Positions 20,346 through 30,127 of a stretch of DNA of 64,000 bases are shown in pieces (the first letter of the stretch is position 1; each line of letters begins with the position of its first letter). The translations under genes were made by a program, and so were the position numbers. This stretch comes from Ignavibacteriota bacterium. Its GTDB lineage: Bacteria > Bacteroidota > Ignavibacteria > Palsa-1295. The DNA lies in assembly GCA_963787835.1 (NCBI GenBank), contig CAWBEI010000002.1:1056001-1120000 (forward strand). The letters run 5' to 3'. The notes below the pieces were generated by a model. The model did not search any database, was not told where the DNA came from, and worked only from the letters and a program-made list of their open reading frames with translations.

Positions 20346-21053
20346 TTGGGGTTGCGCGCCGTTCTTTTCGATCTCGATGACACGCTGTTCGATCATCGTC
20401 ACAGTTCCCGAACCGCACTATCGGTATTGCAACAAGAATTTCCCAGCCAACTTGCTACCGTACCCCTCGATGAGCTTGAGACAGCAAATCTTGAGATTCT
20501 GAACACCATACATCTGGAAGTGCTTGCCGGTACACTCACTCCCGACCAGGCCCGTGTGAAACGGTTTGGAAAACTCCTCCGAACATACGGCGTTGATCCG
20601 ACAGAACAGCAGTTGGAAAAGGTTGCCATAGAATATCGTTCGAGTTATCAAGTATCACGAAGAGCTACTCCGGGAGCGAGAGAATTGTTGATTGGGCTTC
20701 GTGATCGGGGATTCAAAACGGGCATTGTTACCAATAATTTGGTGGAGGAACAGATGGATAAGCTTCGACATTGCCAGTTGTTTGATCTGCTCGATAGTAT
20801 TACCATCTCCGAGGAAGCTGGATTTGCAAAACCGGATGTTCGTATTTTCAATATGGCGCTTCAACGTTTGGAATGTAAACCCGAGGAAACAATTATTATT
20901 GGTGACTCCTGGGAGAATGATATTCTGGGAGCACGAGCCGCCGGCATTCGAGGGATATGGTATAATTGCTATTTGACCAAAGCGCCTGATGACAGTGTTC
21001 CAGAGATCGGATCTCTTGAGGATTTCGAAAGCGTGCTTCGATTGTTACTATAA
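20346..21053 (+). CDS. HAD-family hydrolase
   Basis: 'FDLDDTL', 'VTN', 'KPD', 'IGDSWENDI.GA'. Confidence 0.9.
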   Translation: MGLRAVLFDLDDTLFDHRHSSRTALSVLQQEFPSQLATVPLDELETANLEILNTIHLEVLAGTLTPDQARVKRFGKLLRTYGVDPTEQQLEKVAIEYRSSYQVSRRATPGARELLIGLRDRGFKTGIVTNNLVEEQMDKLRHCQLFDLLDSITISEEAGFAKPDVRIFNMALQRLECKPEETIIIGDSWENDILGARAAGIRGIWYNCYLTKAPDDSVPEIGSLEDFESVLRLLL

Positions 21054-21058
21054 ATCTG

Positions 21059-21493
21059 ATGGCAAAGCCAAAGAAGAAAAAGTCTTCTAAGAATACACCG
21101 AGTCTGGCGGGTTATTCCAAGCGCCCACTCGTGGAGAAACTCGGGATCACCGTTACTGCTACGAAGGCGATCATTGAAGCTCCCGAAGGATTTGAAGCGC
21201 TTATCGGTGGCGCATCATTCGATACCGAGCTTAGCCTTGATTCTTACGATTATCTTCATTTCTTCACTGGAAGTACGCTAGCGCTCGAATCGATCTTTCC
21301 CATTCTTGCGAAACGCCTCAGTCGCGGTGGAATACTCTGGATCTCCTGGCCGAAAAAAGCATCCGGATTGCAAACGGATCTCGGCGAGAATGCCGTGCGC
21401 ATGCTTGGGCTGGCGACAGGTCTTGTGGACGTCAAAGTATGTGCGATCGACGAAGTATGGAGCGGACTAAAATTTATGCATCGTCGTGCATAA
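21059..21493 (+). CDS. DUF3052-like protein
   Basis: 'AGYS..PL..KLGI', 'LWISWPKKAS', 'GLVDVKVCAIDEVWSGLKF'. Confidence 0.8.
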   Translation: MAKPKKKKSSKNTPSLAGYSKRPLVEKLGITVTATKAIIEAPEGFEALIGGASFDTELSLDSYDYLHFFTGSTLALESIFPILAKRLSRGGILWISWPKKASGLQTDLGENAVRMLGLATGLVDVKVCAIDEVWSGLKFMHRRA

Positions 21494-21571
21494 ACGGGAT
21501 GATGAACAAATCGCGGAAACCGAAATGCCCTGTTAGCGTTATTTCATTATATTGCCACGGAGAAGTTTGTA

Positions 21572-22009
21572 ATGCCACCAAGAAAAAAAGATTCTGACGA
21601 GTCGGCGGAATCGCTCGCGAAAAAGCTCGGTGTCAAGCCAGATGGGATGTCCATTGCGCTTCTGTGGCCTCCCGAAGGATTTGCAGAACGTTTAGGCCTC
21701 GAGAGCGGAAGTTACGATACCGATCTCGTCATGGGCAAATACGATCTCATTCTTTTTTTCACAGCGAGCCGCGTGTTACTGCGGGAATTTTTCCCTCTTG
21801 CGGTAACCTCTTTGGAACCGAAAGGCAGGATCTGGATCTGTTATCCACGAACATCGGAAGGTCAAAGAACGGATCTTGAGTTAGATTCGGTGCGAACGCT
21901 TGCCGAATCGCTGGATCTGATAGAGGTCAGCCGAGGCCGAGTTGAAGAAGCGTGGAATGGCATTAAATTTAAAAGGGCGTTGTCGCGGCTCTTCGAAATG
22001 CTGCCGTAG
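21572..22009 (+). CDS. DUF3052-like paralog (divergent)
   Basis: 'LAKKLG', 'IWICYPR', 'TDL', 'W.GIKF' align with the preceding gene. Confidence 0.7.
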   Translation: MPPRKKDSDESAESLAKKLGVKPDGMSIALLWPPEGFAERLGLESGSYDTDLVMGKYDLILFFTASRVLLREFFPLAVTSLEPKGRIWICYPRTSEGQRTDLELDSVRTLAESLDLIEVSRGRVEEAWNGIKFKRALSRLFEMLP

Positions 22010-22134
22010 CCGGGTCGATCGCTCCCTATTCCATCAGTATCACATCTTCGATCCCGATCACCCCGGATAAAGTTGCTACGGCGTGACTTTTCTCATTATC
22101 TTGCGTTCTCATTGTATATTAGAATCTTCCAACT

Positions 22135-23697
22135 ATGAAATCACTTTTGATATGTTGTTGCGTCCTGTTATTTTCAGAAATTAGTTCTGCCCAAACCCTT
22201 GGATCGTGCCGAATTTTTCCCGCGAATAATCCATGGAATGTCAGGGTAGATACATCATGTGTTGATTCAGTTCACTCGGCAGCTTACATTGCTTCCGTTG
22301 GGGGATCGATCAATGTGCACCCCGATTTTGGGAGCGATACTAATTATGGCATTCCGTGGATTGCAGTCAATGGATCGCAACCATTTGTGGCGATCAATAC
22401 CAGCAATGGTTACCAGGACCAAAGCGATCCTGGCCCGATGCCGATCCCACCGAACGCGCCGATCGAGCATGATGGAGATTCCCACGTACTTGTCGTCGAT
22501 ACCGGCAACCATCATCTTTATGAGCTTTATCAGGGCGTCAAAGATAAGAATGAGAATGGCTGGGCTGCTACCTCCTCAGCCATTTTCGCACTTGACTCGA
22601 ATAATTACCGTCCGGATAGCTGGACTTCTTGCGACGCAGCGGGTCTTCCCATCTTTCCCGGCCTCGTGAGATTAGATGAATGTAAGGCGGGAGCAATTAA
22701 TCATGCATTACGATTTACGGTACCACATACGCAGAAAGCTTGGATCTTTCCGGCAAGACACGAAGCCGGTTCAACGACCGATACAACGTATATGCCAATG
22801 GGCCTCCGTATGCGACTCAAAGCAAGTTTTGACGATTCCCAGGATACCGGCTATGCCAAAGTAATAATTACGGCACTGAAAAAATATGGAATAATTCTCG
22901 CTGATAATGGCTCGGCGTGGTATATCTCCGGCGAAACGAATCCTAACTGGCCGGATGACGATATTAGTCAACTAAAGAAGATCTCCGGCAGCGATTTCGA
23001 AGCAGTCTATACGTACCCCGTTGCTACGGATTCGGGCGAGTATCCTACGCCTGATATTCCAATTCCAAGTGGTGGCAGTGGATCGACCGGCATACTGCAT
23101 ATCACATCCAACCTATTCAACTTTGGAACAGTGCAACTCGGCCAGGCCGATACATTGACAATATCACTTACCAATACCGGGAACGCGCCACTTATCGTTG
23201 CATCACTTTTAACCGCTGGTTCGAGCTATTTTTCAATTCTGGCAATTCAACCATCGTTCCTATTCTTTCCGGATTCGCTCCAGCCAGGTGATTCCATCGA
23301 TGTTACGATACAGTTTGCCCCTAAAAGGTATATCGGGAATGACACAGCGATGTTAAACCTTATAATCTCAGATTCCGAAGAAAGCTTGCAGGACACGACC
23401 ATCCTTTTAATTGGCGTGGGTAATATAGAATCTTCTGTGGCTCCGAATTCTTTTCAATCATCCGATCTCTCAGTTTTCCCAAATCCAACATCTGGTTTAG
23501 TGACGGTTTCCGGGAATGGAGCAGTTGGGCCAGTCCACATCGAAATTACAGATGCTATCGGGCGCATTGTACTCAACCAGACCATCCAAGCCGAGAGCGG
23601 AACGCTTGATCTGAGCGGACTTTCAAATGGATGTTATTTTCTCCATGCCCAAAATTCGCAAGATAACGAGAGTAAGATTATCGAAGTGTTGCGTTAA
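22135..23697 (+). CDS. Secreted protein with conserved unknown N-terminal domain, Ig-like (ASH/choice-of-anchor D) domain and T9SS-type C-terminal domain
   Basis: Signal peptide; 'PANNPWN', 'HPDFG', 'DAAGLP', 'HALRFT', 'ADNGS'; 'FGTV...LTNTG.APL'; 'VFPNP...DAIGR...LSNGCYF'. Confidence 0.8.
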   Translation: MKSLLICCCVLLFSEISSAQTLGSCRIFPANNPWNVRVDTSCVDSVHSAAYIASVGGSINVHPDFGSDTNYGIPWIAVNGSQPFVAINTSNGYQDQSDPGPMPIPPNAPIEHDGDSHVLVVDTGNHHLYELYQGVKDKNENGWAATSSAIFALDSNNYRPDSWTSCDAAGLPIFPGLVRLDECKAGAINHALRFTVPHTQKAWIFPARHEAGSTTDTTYMPMGLRMRLKASFDDSQDTGYAKVIITALKKYGIILADNGSAWYISGETNPNWPDDDISQLKKISGSDFEAVYTYPVATDSGEYPTPDIPIPSGGSGSTGILHITSNLFNFGTVQLGQADTLTISLTNTGNAPLIVASLLTAGSSYFSILAIQPSFLFFPDSLQPGDSIDVTIQFAPKRYIGNDTAMLNLIISDSEESLQDTTILLIGVGNIESSVAPNSFQSSDLSVFPNPTSGLVTVSGNGAVGPVHIEITDAIGRIVLNQTIQAESGTLDLSGLSNGCYFLHAQNSQDNESKIIEVLR

Positions 23698-23784
23698 GAT
23701 TCTCTCTCGTTTAGGACGTATTTTTGTACGAATCCAATCGGATTACCCACCGTATAAGCCGCGTGGGCGGTCTTCCACTTTTAA

Positions 23785-24804
<1,020 letters not shown>

Positions 24805-24807
24805 TTA

Positions 24808-24945
24808 ACATGTCATCCTGAGCGAAGCAAGACGTAGCGACAGCGGAGTCTTGCGCAGTCGAAGGATCTTTGGTTAATTGTCTGAGATCCTTCGACTCCG
24901 TTCTTCCTCCCTTTGGTCGGAAGAACTTCGCTCAGGATGACATGT
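24808..24945. repeat. Cruciform palindromic element (MITE/REP-like)
   Basis: Perfect 20-bp terminal IR ACATGTCATCCTGAGCGAAG; 13-bp inner IR AGTCGAAGGATCT; two side hairpins; fills the gap-lgt intergenic space. Confidence 0.85.
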
Positions 24946-24947
24946 AA

Positions 24948-25826
24948 TTAAGCACGACGGAGCCTTGGGTAATAAAACCCAAGCATCCATCCTCCCACGG
25001 CGATCATGGCGATCGAGATCCACTGCGCCATTGAGAGTCCCCAGTAGAGTGGATTGATGCGAATGAATTCGATGAGCAATCGTTCCACTCCCATGACCAC
25101 GAGTGTGATCGAAAACACTTTACCAAGTTCACCATCGAATTTCTTGCGGTTTGACCAAATAAAGTAAAATGCAATAATGCAAAACAGCGTTTCGTACACA
25201 GGTGCGGGATGAACGGTAACAACTTCATCGAATCGCGAAATGCGTTCACCCATTTGATCGTGTCCAACGGTAATGGAAGCAAGCGAATCATAATGCAACT
25301 GCGCCCGCTCTAATGGGTGCGTTTTGAAATAGTCGATGAGCGTGTAGGTCGGTTTTGCAGTTCCTTGTGGATAGGACATGGCCCAGGGCAGCGAGGATGG
25401 AATTCCGTAATCGCCATCGCCGGCAAGCTGGCAGCCAATACGGCCAATGCCATACGCAAGCAGCACCACGGGCGCGATCATATCGGCAAACATCAAAAAT
25501 TTTAATCCTTTACTTTTGACGTAGAAATAGATCCATATCGTAGCGACGATAAATCCGCCATAAAATGTGAGACCAGCCGGAGAAAAAAGCTGACCTCTTG
25601 GATCGTGTATAAAATCAGACCAGTTTTCAAGAATCGAAAATAGCTTGCTTCCCGCGACCCCTCCGATAAGGCAGATGATGGTTATTTGTCCGGCTATTCG
25701 TTCGTCGAGGCCGCGTCGCTTCAGTTCGACCGTGAAAAAATAGCCTGCAACAAGAAATGCCGTGGCCATCATGAGGCCAAAGCTATAGAGCGTGATGGGG
25801 CCGATGTGAAATAGAACTGGGTGCAT
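24948..25826 (-). CDS. lgt: Prolipoprotein diacylglyceryl transferase
   Basis: 'MHPVLF.IG...SFGLM', 'GLTFYGG', 'GRIGC.LAGDG', 'HPAPVYE', 'R.LIEF.R', 'SMAQWIS'. Confidence 0.92.
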   Translation of the reverse strand: MHPVLFHIGPITLYSFGLMMATAFLVAGYFFTVELKRRGLDERIAGQITIICLIGGVAGSKLFSILENWSDFIHDPRGQLFSPAGLTFYGGFIVATIWIYFYVKSKGLKFLMFADMIAPVVLLAYGIGRIGCQLAGDGDYGIPSSLPWAMSYPQGTAKPTYTLIDYFKTHPLERAQLHYDSLASITVGHDQMGERISRFDEVVTVHPAPVYETLFCIIAFYFIWSNRKKFDGELGKVFSITLVVMGVERLLIEFIRINPLYWGLSMAQWISIAMIAVGGWMLGFYYPRLRRA

Positions 25827-25830
25827 AACT

Positions 25831-25897
25831 GAATGATGAATTAAGAATGATGAATGATGAAGGGGAACGTTGCGTTCCTCAGCATTCATTATTCATC
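25831..25897. repeat. Inverted heptamer arrays (GAATGAT / ATTCAT-type) between divergent lgt and mtnN
   Basis: gaatgat gaattaa gaatgat gaatgat gaa ... cattcattattcatc around an inner ggaacg..cgttcc stem. Confidence 0.75.
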
Positions 25898-25928
25898 CAG
25901 GAATCCATTATAGAAGTCGGAATTGCCT

Positions 25929-26681
25929 ATGAAACTTGGAATAATTGGTTCGATGCCTCAAGAGATTGACCTCATCGCAGAGGAGCTCGAAACGGAAAAA
26001 ATCATAGAAGTCGGAGGACGGTCTTATCACGTCGGACGATTCGAAGGAATCGATTGCGTGCTCGTCTTTTCGCATTGGGGTAAGGTTGCTGCGGGGATAA
26101 CGGCGACAACGCTGATCGAACATTTTGGAGTCGGTCTCATCATTTTTACTGGCGTAGCCGGAGCGGTATCGCCCATGCTGAATGTGGGCGATGTTGTGAT
26201 TGCCGACAGGCTTATTCAACATGATTTCGACGTGAGTGCTGCGGGAATTCTTTCGAAATATGAAATCCCGTTTTTGGGGATAAGTTATTTCCCAGTGGAT
26301 GAAGGACTTGTTGAACTTGCGAAAAAATCTGCTGAAGAATATCTCAGTGTAGCGCAAACTGAAGTTTGCGCTACAAGGGGGAGTGCGTTCGTCGGTATTA
26401 TCGCAAGCGGCGATCAGTTCATCGCCGATCCTCACAAGATCGCGGAGTTGCGGAGTGCGATTCCCGATCTTCTTTGCATTGAGATGGAAGGAGCTGCCGT
26501 TGCGCAGGTGTGCCTTGAATATCGCACACCATATATCGTCATTCGCACGATCTCCGATAAAGCCGATCATTCCGCCCCGATGGATTTCCTGACGTTCATT
26601 CGGAATGTGGCGCGGCATTATTCGCATGGGATTCTTCTGAGACTTGTGCCAATGTTACCATCTTTAAGAGAACCGGGATGA
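25929..26681 (+). CDS. mtnN: 5'-methylthioadenosine/S-adenosylhomocysteine nucleosidase
   Basis: 'GIIGSM..E', 'GKVAA', 'FTGVAG', 'SGDQFI', 'EMEGAAVAQVC', 'IRTISDKAD'. Confidence 0.93.
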   Translation: MKLGIIGSMPQEIDLIAEELETEKIIEVGGRSYHVGRFEGIDCVLVFSHWGKVAAGITATTLIEHFGVGLIIFTGVAGAVSPMLNVGDVVIADRLIQHDFDVSAAGILSKYEIPFLGISYFPVDEGLVELAKKSAEEYLSVAQTEVCATRGSAFVGIIASGDQFIADPHKIAELRSAIPDLLCIEMEGAAVAQVCLEYRTPYIVIRTISDKADHSAPMDFLTFIRNVARHYSHGILLRLVPMLPSLREPG

Positions 26682-26740
26682 AATTCCTTTAGTCCTTTCT
26701 GATGTTATCATCCGTCACATTTTTCTTGAAACGATCTATT

Positions 26741-27235
26741 ATGATGAAAATAGCTTTTTCGGCTCTGGTTCTTATATCTGCTGCTTCGCTCATTCTGTCC
26801 ATTAGTGCCGCCACTCCTTCAGGGATAACTCATTCGGTCATACCCAAGAAAGCGATGAAAGCTGATACCACCATCGATTGGGATAAAATGTCGAAAGTGG
26901 AGCGAAAGCAATACATGAAGGATGTCATAATGCCGAAGATGAAGCCTCTTTTTCAAACCTTCGATCCGAAGCATTTTGCGGATTTCAAATGTGTGACATG
27001 CCACGGGAATGGCGCTCGCACCGGTGAATTCAAGATGCCCAATCCACAGCTTCCGAAACTGCCCGCTACTCGGGAGGGATGGGATTCACTTAATACGAGT
27101 AAGGCCAAGACGATGGAATTCATGTCCAAGACAATAAAGCCGACTATGGCTGACCTGCTCGGCATGAAACCCTACGATATGAAGACTAATACGGGCTTTG
27201 GCTGTGGGAATTGCCATACTTCGGAGGCTAAATAG
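26741..27235 (+). CDS. Secreted diheme c-type cytochrome
   Basis: Signal peptide; CVTCH and C-terminal CGNCH; Met-rich helices precede each motif. Confidence 0.8.
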   Translation: MMKIAFSALVLISAASLILSISAATPSGITHSVIPKKAMKADTTIDWDKMSKVERKQYMKDVIMPKMKPLFQTFDPKHFADFKCVTCHGNGARTGEFKMPNPQLPKLPATREGWDSLNTSKAKTMEFMSKTIKPTMADLLGMKPYDMKTNTGFGCGNCHTSEAK

Positions 27236-27372
27236 ATAACTTTTTCGATCGGGTCTAATATGCGATGTCCTTGGAGCTGAGCATAACTCGTTGCGGCCTA
27301 TTTCACAATCTTGTTTTAAGGCTACAATATAAGGACTTGCAATACGTCTTGTGGCCAGCATCGGTCGAATCC

Positions 27373-27405
27373 GCATCGCCCACGATGCTTTATCGCCCAC
27401 GATGC
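27373..27405. repeat. Tandem copies of the 16-bp hairpin GCATCGCC(C/G)ACGATGC
   Basis: Exact copy 27373-27388, variant 27391-27405; same motif at 34258, 36930 and 54902 (reverse). Confidence 0.75.
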
Positions 27406-27435
27406 TTTCGTCGAAACTTGTGATGCCTGTAACGA

Positions 27436-28953
27436 ATGCACTCTCTCATTTTGCGCTCTTTCTTGTTGGTTTCCGGCCTTGCGCTTCTTTGCACAAGTCC
27501 CAGTTTTGCGCAACCCTCATCGTTGCCAAGGACACTTCACGTTTTGTCGCTGGATCAGGCCATTAGCAGATCTCTCGGTGTTGGAGAAGAGATCACGTTA
27601 GCTGAAGGCGGAGTTCATGCTGCAGAAGGCAATGAGGAGGTTGCGTTTAGTGGATTTTTGCCGCAGATCTCAGCCGGTGTAAATTACACCCTGACGATCA
27701 AATCTCAATACAGTGGCCTTTCCAGCCTTCCTGATACGGGAGTCGAAGGCGCGCTGGCACAGATCTTCAAAAATTTCCCGTTCGGTAAAGAGAACCAATG
27801 GAATCTCTCCCTGAATGCATCGGAAAACATCTTTAACGGTGGCAGGCTCATTGCTCTGAACGATGCTGCCAAAGCTCGTAAAAAATCAGCGGACATCGAT
27901 CTCACTGCTGCCCAAGCGCAGCTTGTGCTGAGTGTTACGCAGAGTTATTACGATGCGATCCTTGCGGACACTATCGTGAAAATTTCTCGCGACGCGCTCG
28001 ATCAGGCACAAAAAGTATATGATCTTACCAATCTTTCCTATCAGGTCGGAGAAAAAGCAGAGTTCGATGCACTGACGGCCAAAGTAGCCCGCGATAATCA
28101 AATTCCTGTAGTTATTCAAAGCGAGGACAGCCGCGCGCAAGCCTATTACCGATTGAAACAGTTGCTGAATTACTCCCTCGATGATTCGCTCCAACTTACA
28201 ACGCCGATCGTTGATTCCCAGGCTCGCTTTGCAATGATGAGCGATACCGCAACTGAAAAACGATCGAGCGTTATTCAGGCCGGACTTAACATCGATGCTT
28301 CGAACGCTCAGGTGCGCATTGCCGAAAGCGCACATTGGCCGCAGATCTCTATCAGTTCAAGCTATGCTCCAGTCGCTTATCCGAATAATTTTTTCCCGAA
28401 CTGGAGCGATTGGTACACGAACTGGACTGCGGCAGTTAATGTGTCGATACCCATTTATACAGGAGGCAATATATCCGGTAATGTGGATATGGCGGAGGCA
28501 GCCGTGGAGCAGGCGAATGCCCGTATGGAACAAGCCCGCGAAGCCGCTGCAATGGATTCCCGAGTTTCCTATGATGCCCTGCATTCAGCAGAAGCAAATC
28601 TTCGCTCCACTGCGAGCACGGCCTCCGAAGCCAAACGCGCGTATGATATTGCGGCAGTCCGGTATGCGCAGGGTATCTCGACCGAGGTGGAACTTAACGA
28701 TTCACGAATTCAGGAGGAACAAGCGCGCGCGAATTCCGCTCGTGCCGTTCGTGATTATCAGGTAGCACGAGCGAAGCTTGCTTTGTTGAAAGATTTGCCG
28801 GTAAATCCCGCATTGGGTTCCACAAATTCTCAATCGGGTATGTCACAGCCCCAGCAGAGTTTTGGCACTTCATCCACGATGCAGGCGGTACCGCTGACGT
28901 TCACTCCTGCCAATACCACAACACCATCCTTAGGATCACCAACCGGACAATGA
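27436..28953 (+). CDS. TolC-family outer membrane efflux protein
   Basis: Signal peptide; duplicated OEP pattern ('LPQIS', 'IFNGG', 'WPQIS', 'IPIYTGG', 'RY.QG.ST'); operon with MFP and RND. Confidence 0.92.
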   Translation: MHSLILRSFLLVSGLALLCTSPSFAQPSSLPRTLHVLSLDQAISRSLGVGEEITLAEGGVHAAEGNEEVAFSGFLPQISAGVNYTLTIKSQYSGLSSLPDTGVEGALAQIFKNFPFGKENQWNLSLNASENIFNGGRLIALNDAAKARKKSADIDLTAAQAQLVLSVTQSYYDAILADTIVKISRDALDQAQKVYDLTNLSYQVGEKAEFDALTAKVARDNQIPVVIQSEDSRAQAYYRLKQLLNYSLDDSLQLTTPIVDSQARFAMMSDTATEKRSSVIQAGLNIDASNAQVRIAESAHWPQISISSSYAPVAYPNNFFPNWSDWYTNWTAAVNVSIPIYTGGNISGNVDMAEAAVEQANARMEQAREAAAMDSRVSYDALHSAEANLRSTASTASEAKRAYDIAAVRYAQGISTEVELNDSRIQEEQARANSARAVRDYQVARAKLALLKDLPVNPALGSTNSQSGMSQPQQSFGTSSTMQAVPLTFTPANTTTPSLGSPTGQ

Positions 28954-30092
28954 GCTTTTTCTTTCGAAAGTATAACTTTGGATTCGCTGTAACAGCGATC
29001 GCGGTTCTTTTCGCTGTATCATCAGCGGTGATGTCAGGTTGCAAGAAGGCCGATTCTTCACCAACGGCGCCGGCTCCGATTCAGCTTGGACCAGAAAGCT
29101 ATGCGGTTGCTTCGGAGGGTCAGATTGAAAGCGGCCCAACCATCAGCGGAACATTAGTTCCTAGAGATCAGGCGGTGGTTCGCGCGCAAATTTCAGGGTC
29201 CGTGCTTCGAATGCTTGTCGATCAGGGTAAACCCGTTTCTGCCGGTGAGGTCATTGCGAGCATTGATAACAGTGCTCTGACGGATGCAGTCGCCAGTGCA
29301 AAAAATGCCGTCACGAATGCAGAAAGTGCCGTAGCTTTGACGCATCGCGAGCGAGAGCGCCAGGAGACGCTGCTGAAATCTGGTGCCATTTCCGAACAAA
29401 GTGTCGATCAAGCTCGGCAAAATTGTGTAAGTGCTGAAGCAGGACTCGCTCAGGCTAAAGCTATGCTTGCGACTGCCGAAAAACAGCTCGGGTACGCTAC
29501 TGTTCGCGCTCCGTTCTCCGGCGTGGTAAGTGAAAAAAGCGCTTCCATCGGCGATGTGGTGCAGCAGGGGACACCGCTTTATACAATCGTCGATCCCTCG
29601 ACGCTGGAGCTGCAAGGAACCGTTCCTGCAAATGCGCTGAGTATTGTGCATATTGGGTTGCATGTGGAATTCGATGTCACGGGCTATCCTGATAAAAAAT
29701 TCGAGGGTACGATCGCGCGCATTAATCCAACCGCCGATCCGATGACGAGGCAGGTCCGTATTTATGCCGAAATTCCGAATAAAGGCCAAACGCTTGTCGG
29801 CGGGCTTTATGCTGAGGGACGTATTGCCAGCGTTCTGAAGATGACGCTTACGCTTCCTGCCGATGCAGTCGATCATAAGACGATCACGCCTGCGGTCATT
29901 CGCAGCCACAATGGTGTCGTCGAACGATCGACGGTCGTGCTTGGAACGCTCGATGAGAAAAATGGCCAGATCGAAATTATTTCCGGCGTCAATGTGGGTG
30001 ATACCGTTTTGCGTGGTTCGGCAATGGATATTGCACTCGGCGCGCATGTAAAGCCGATTCCCGATCCAAAACAAGATACTTCCGCGAAATAA
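28950..30092 (+). CDS. RND efflux membrane fusion (adaptor) lipoprotein
   Basis: Lipobox 'MSGC', 'VRAQISG.V', 'VRAPFSGVV', 'INPTADP.TR', 'L.GGLYA'. Confidence 0.93.
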   Translation: MSFFFRKYNFGFAVTAIAVLFAVSSAVMSGCKKADSSPTAPAPIQLGPESYAVASEGQIESGPTISGTLVPRDQAVVRAQISGSVLRMLVDQGKPVSAGEVIASIDNSALTDAVASAKNAVTNAESAVALTHRERERQETLLKSGAISEQSVDQARQNCVSAEAGLAQAKAMLATAEKQLGYATVRAPFSGVVSEKSASIGDVVQQGTPLYTIVDPSTLELQGTVPANALSIVHIGLHVEFDVTGYPDKKFEGTIARINPTADPMTRQVRIYAEIPNKGQTLVGGLYAEGRIASVLKMTLTLPADAVDHKTITPAVIRSHNGVVERSTVVLGTLDEKNGQIEIISGVNVGDTVLRGSAMDIALGAHVKPIPDPKQDTSAK

Positions 30093-30127
30093 GGTATAAA
30101 AGATACAATTTAAATAATTCCGGAACG

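Noticed and set aside
29193-30074. Long antisense ORFs (also 2033-2725, 4746-5459, 13037-13858, 25908-26627, 55535-56446)
   Set aside because: Fully overlap well-supported genes on the opposite strand and carry no recognisable motifs
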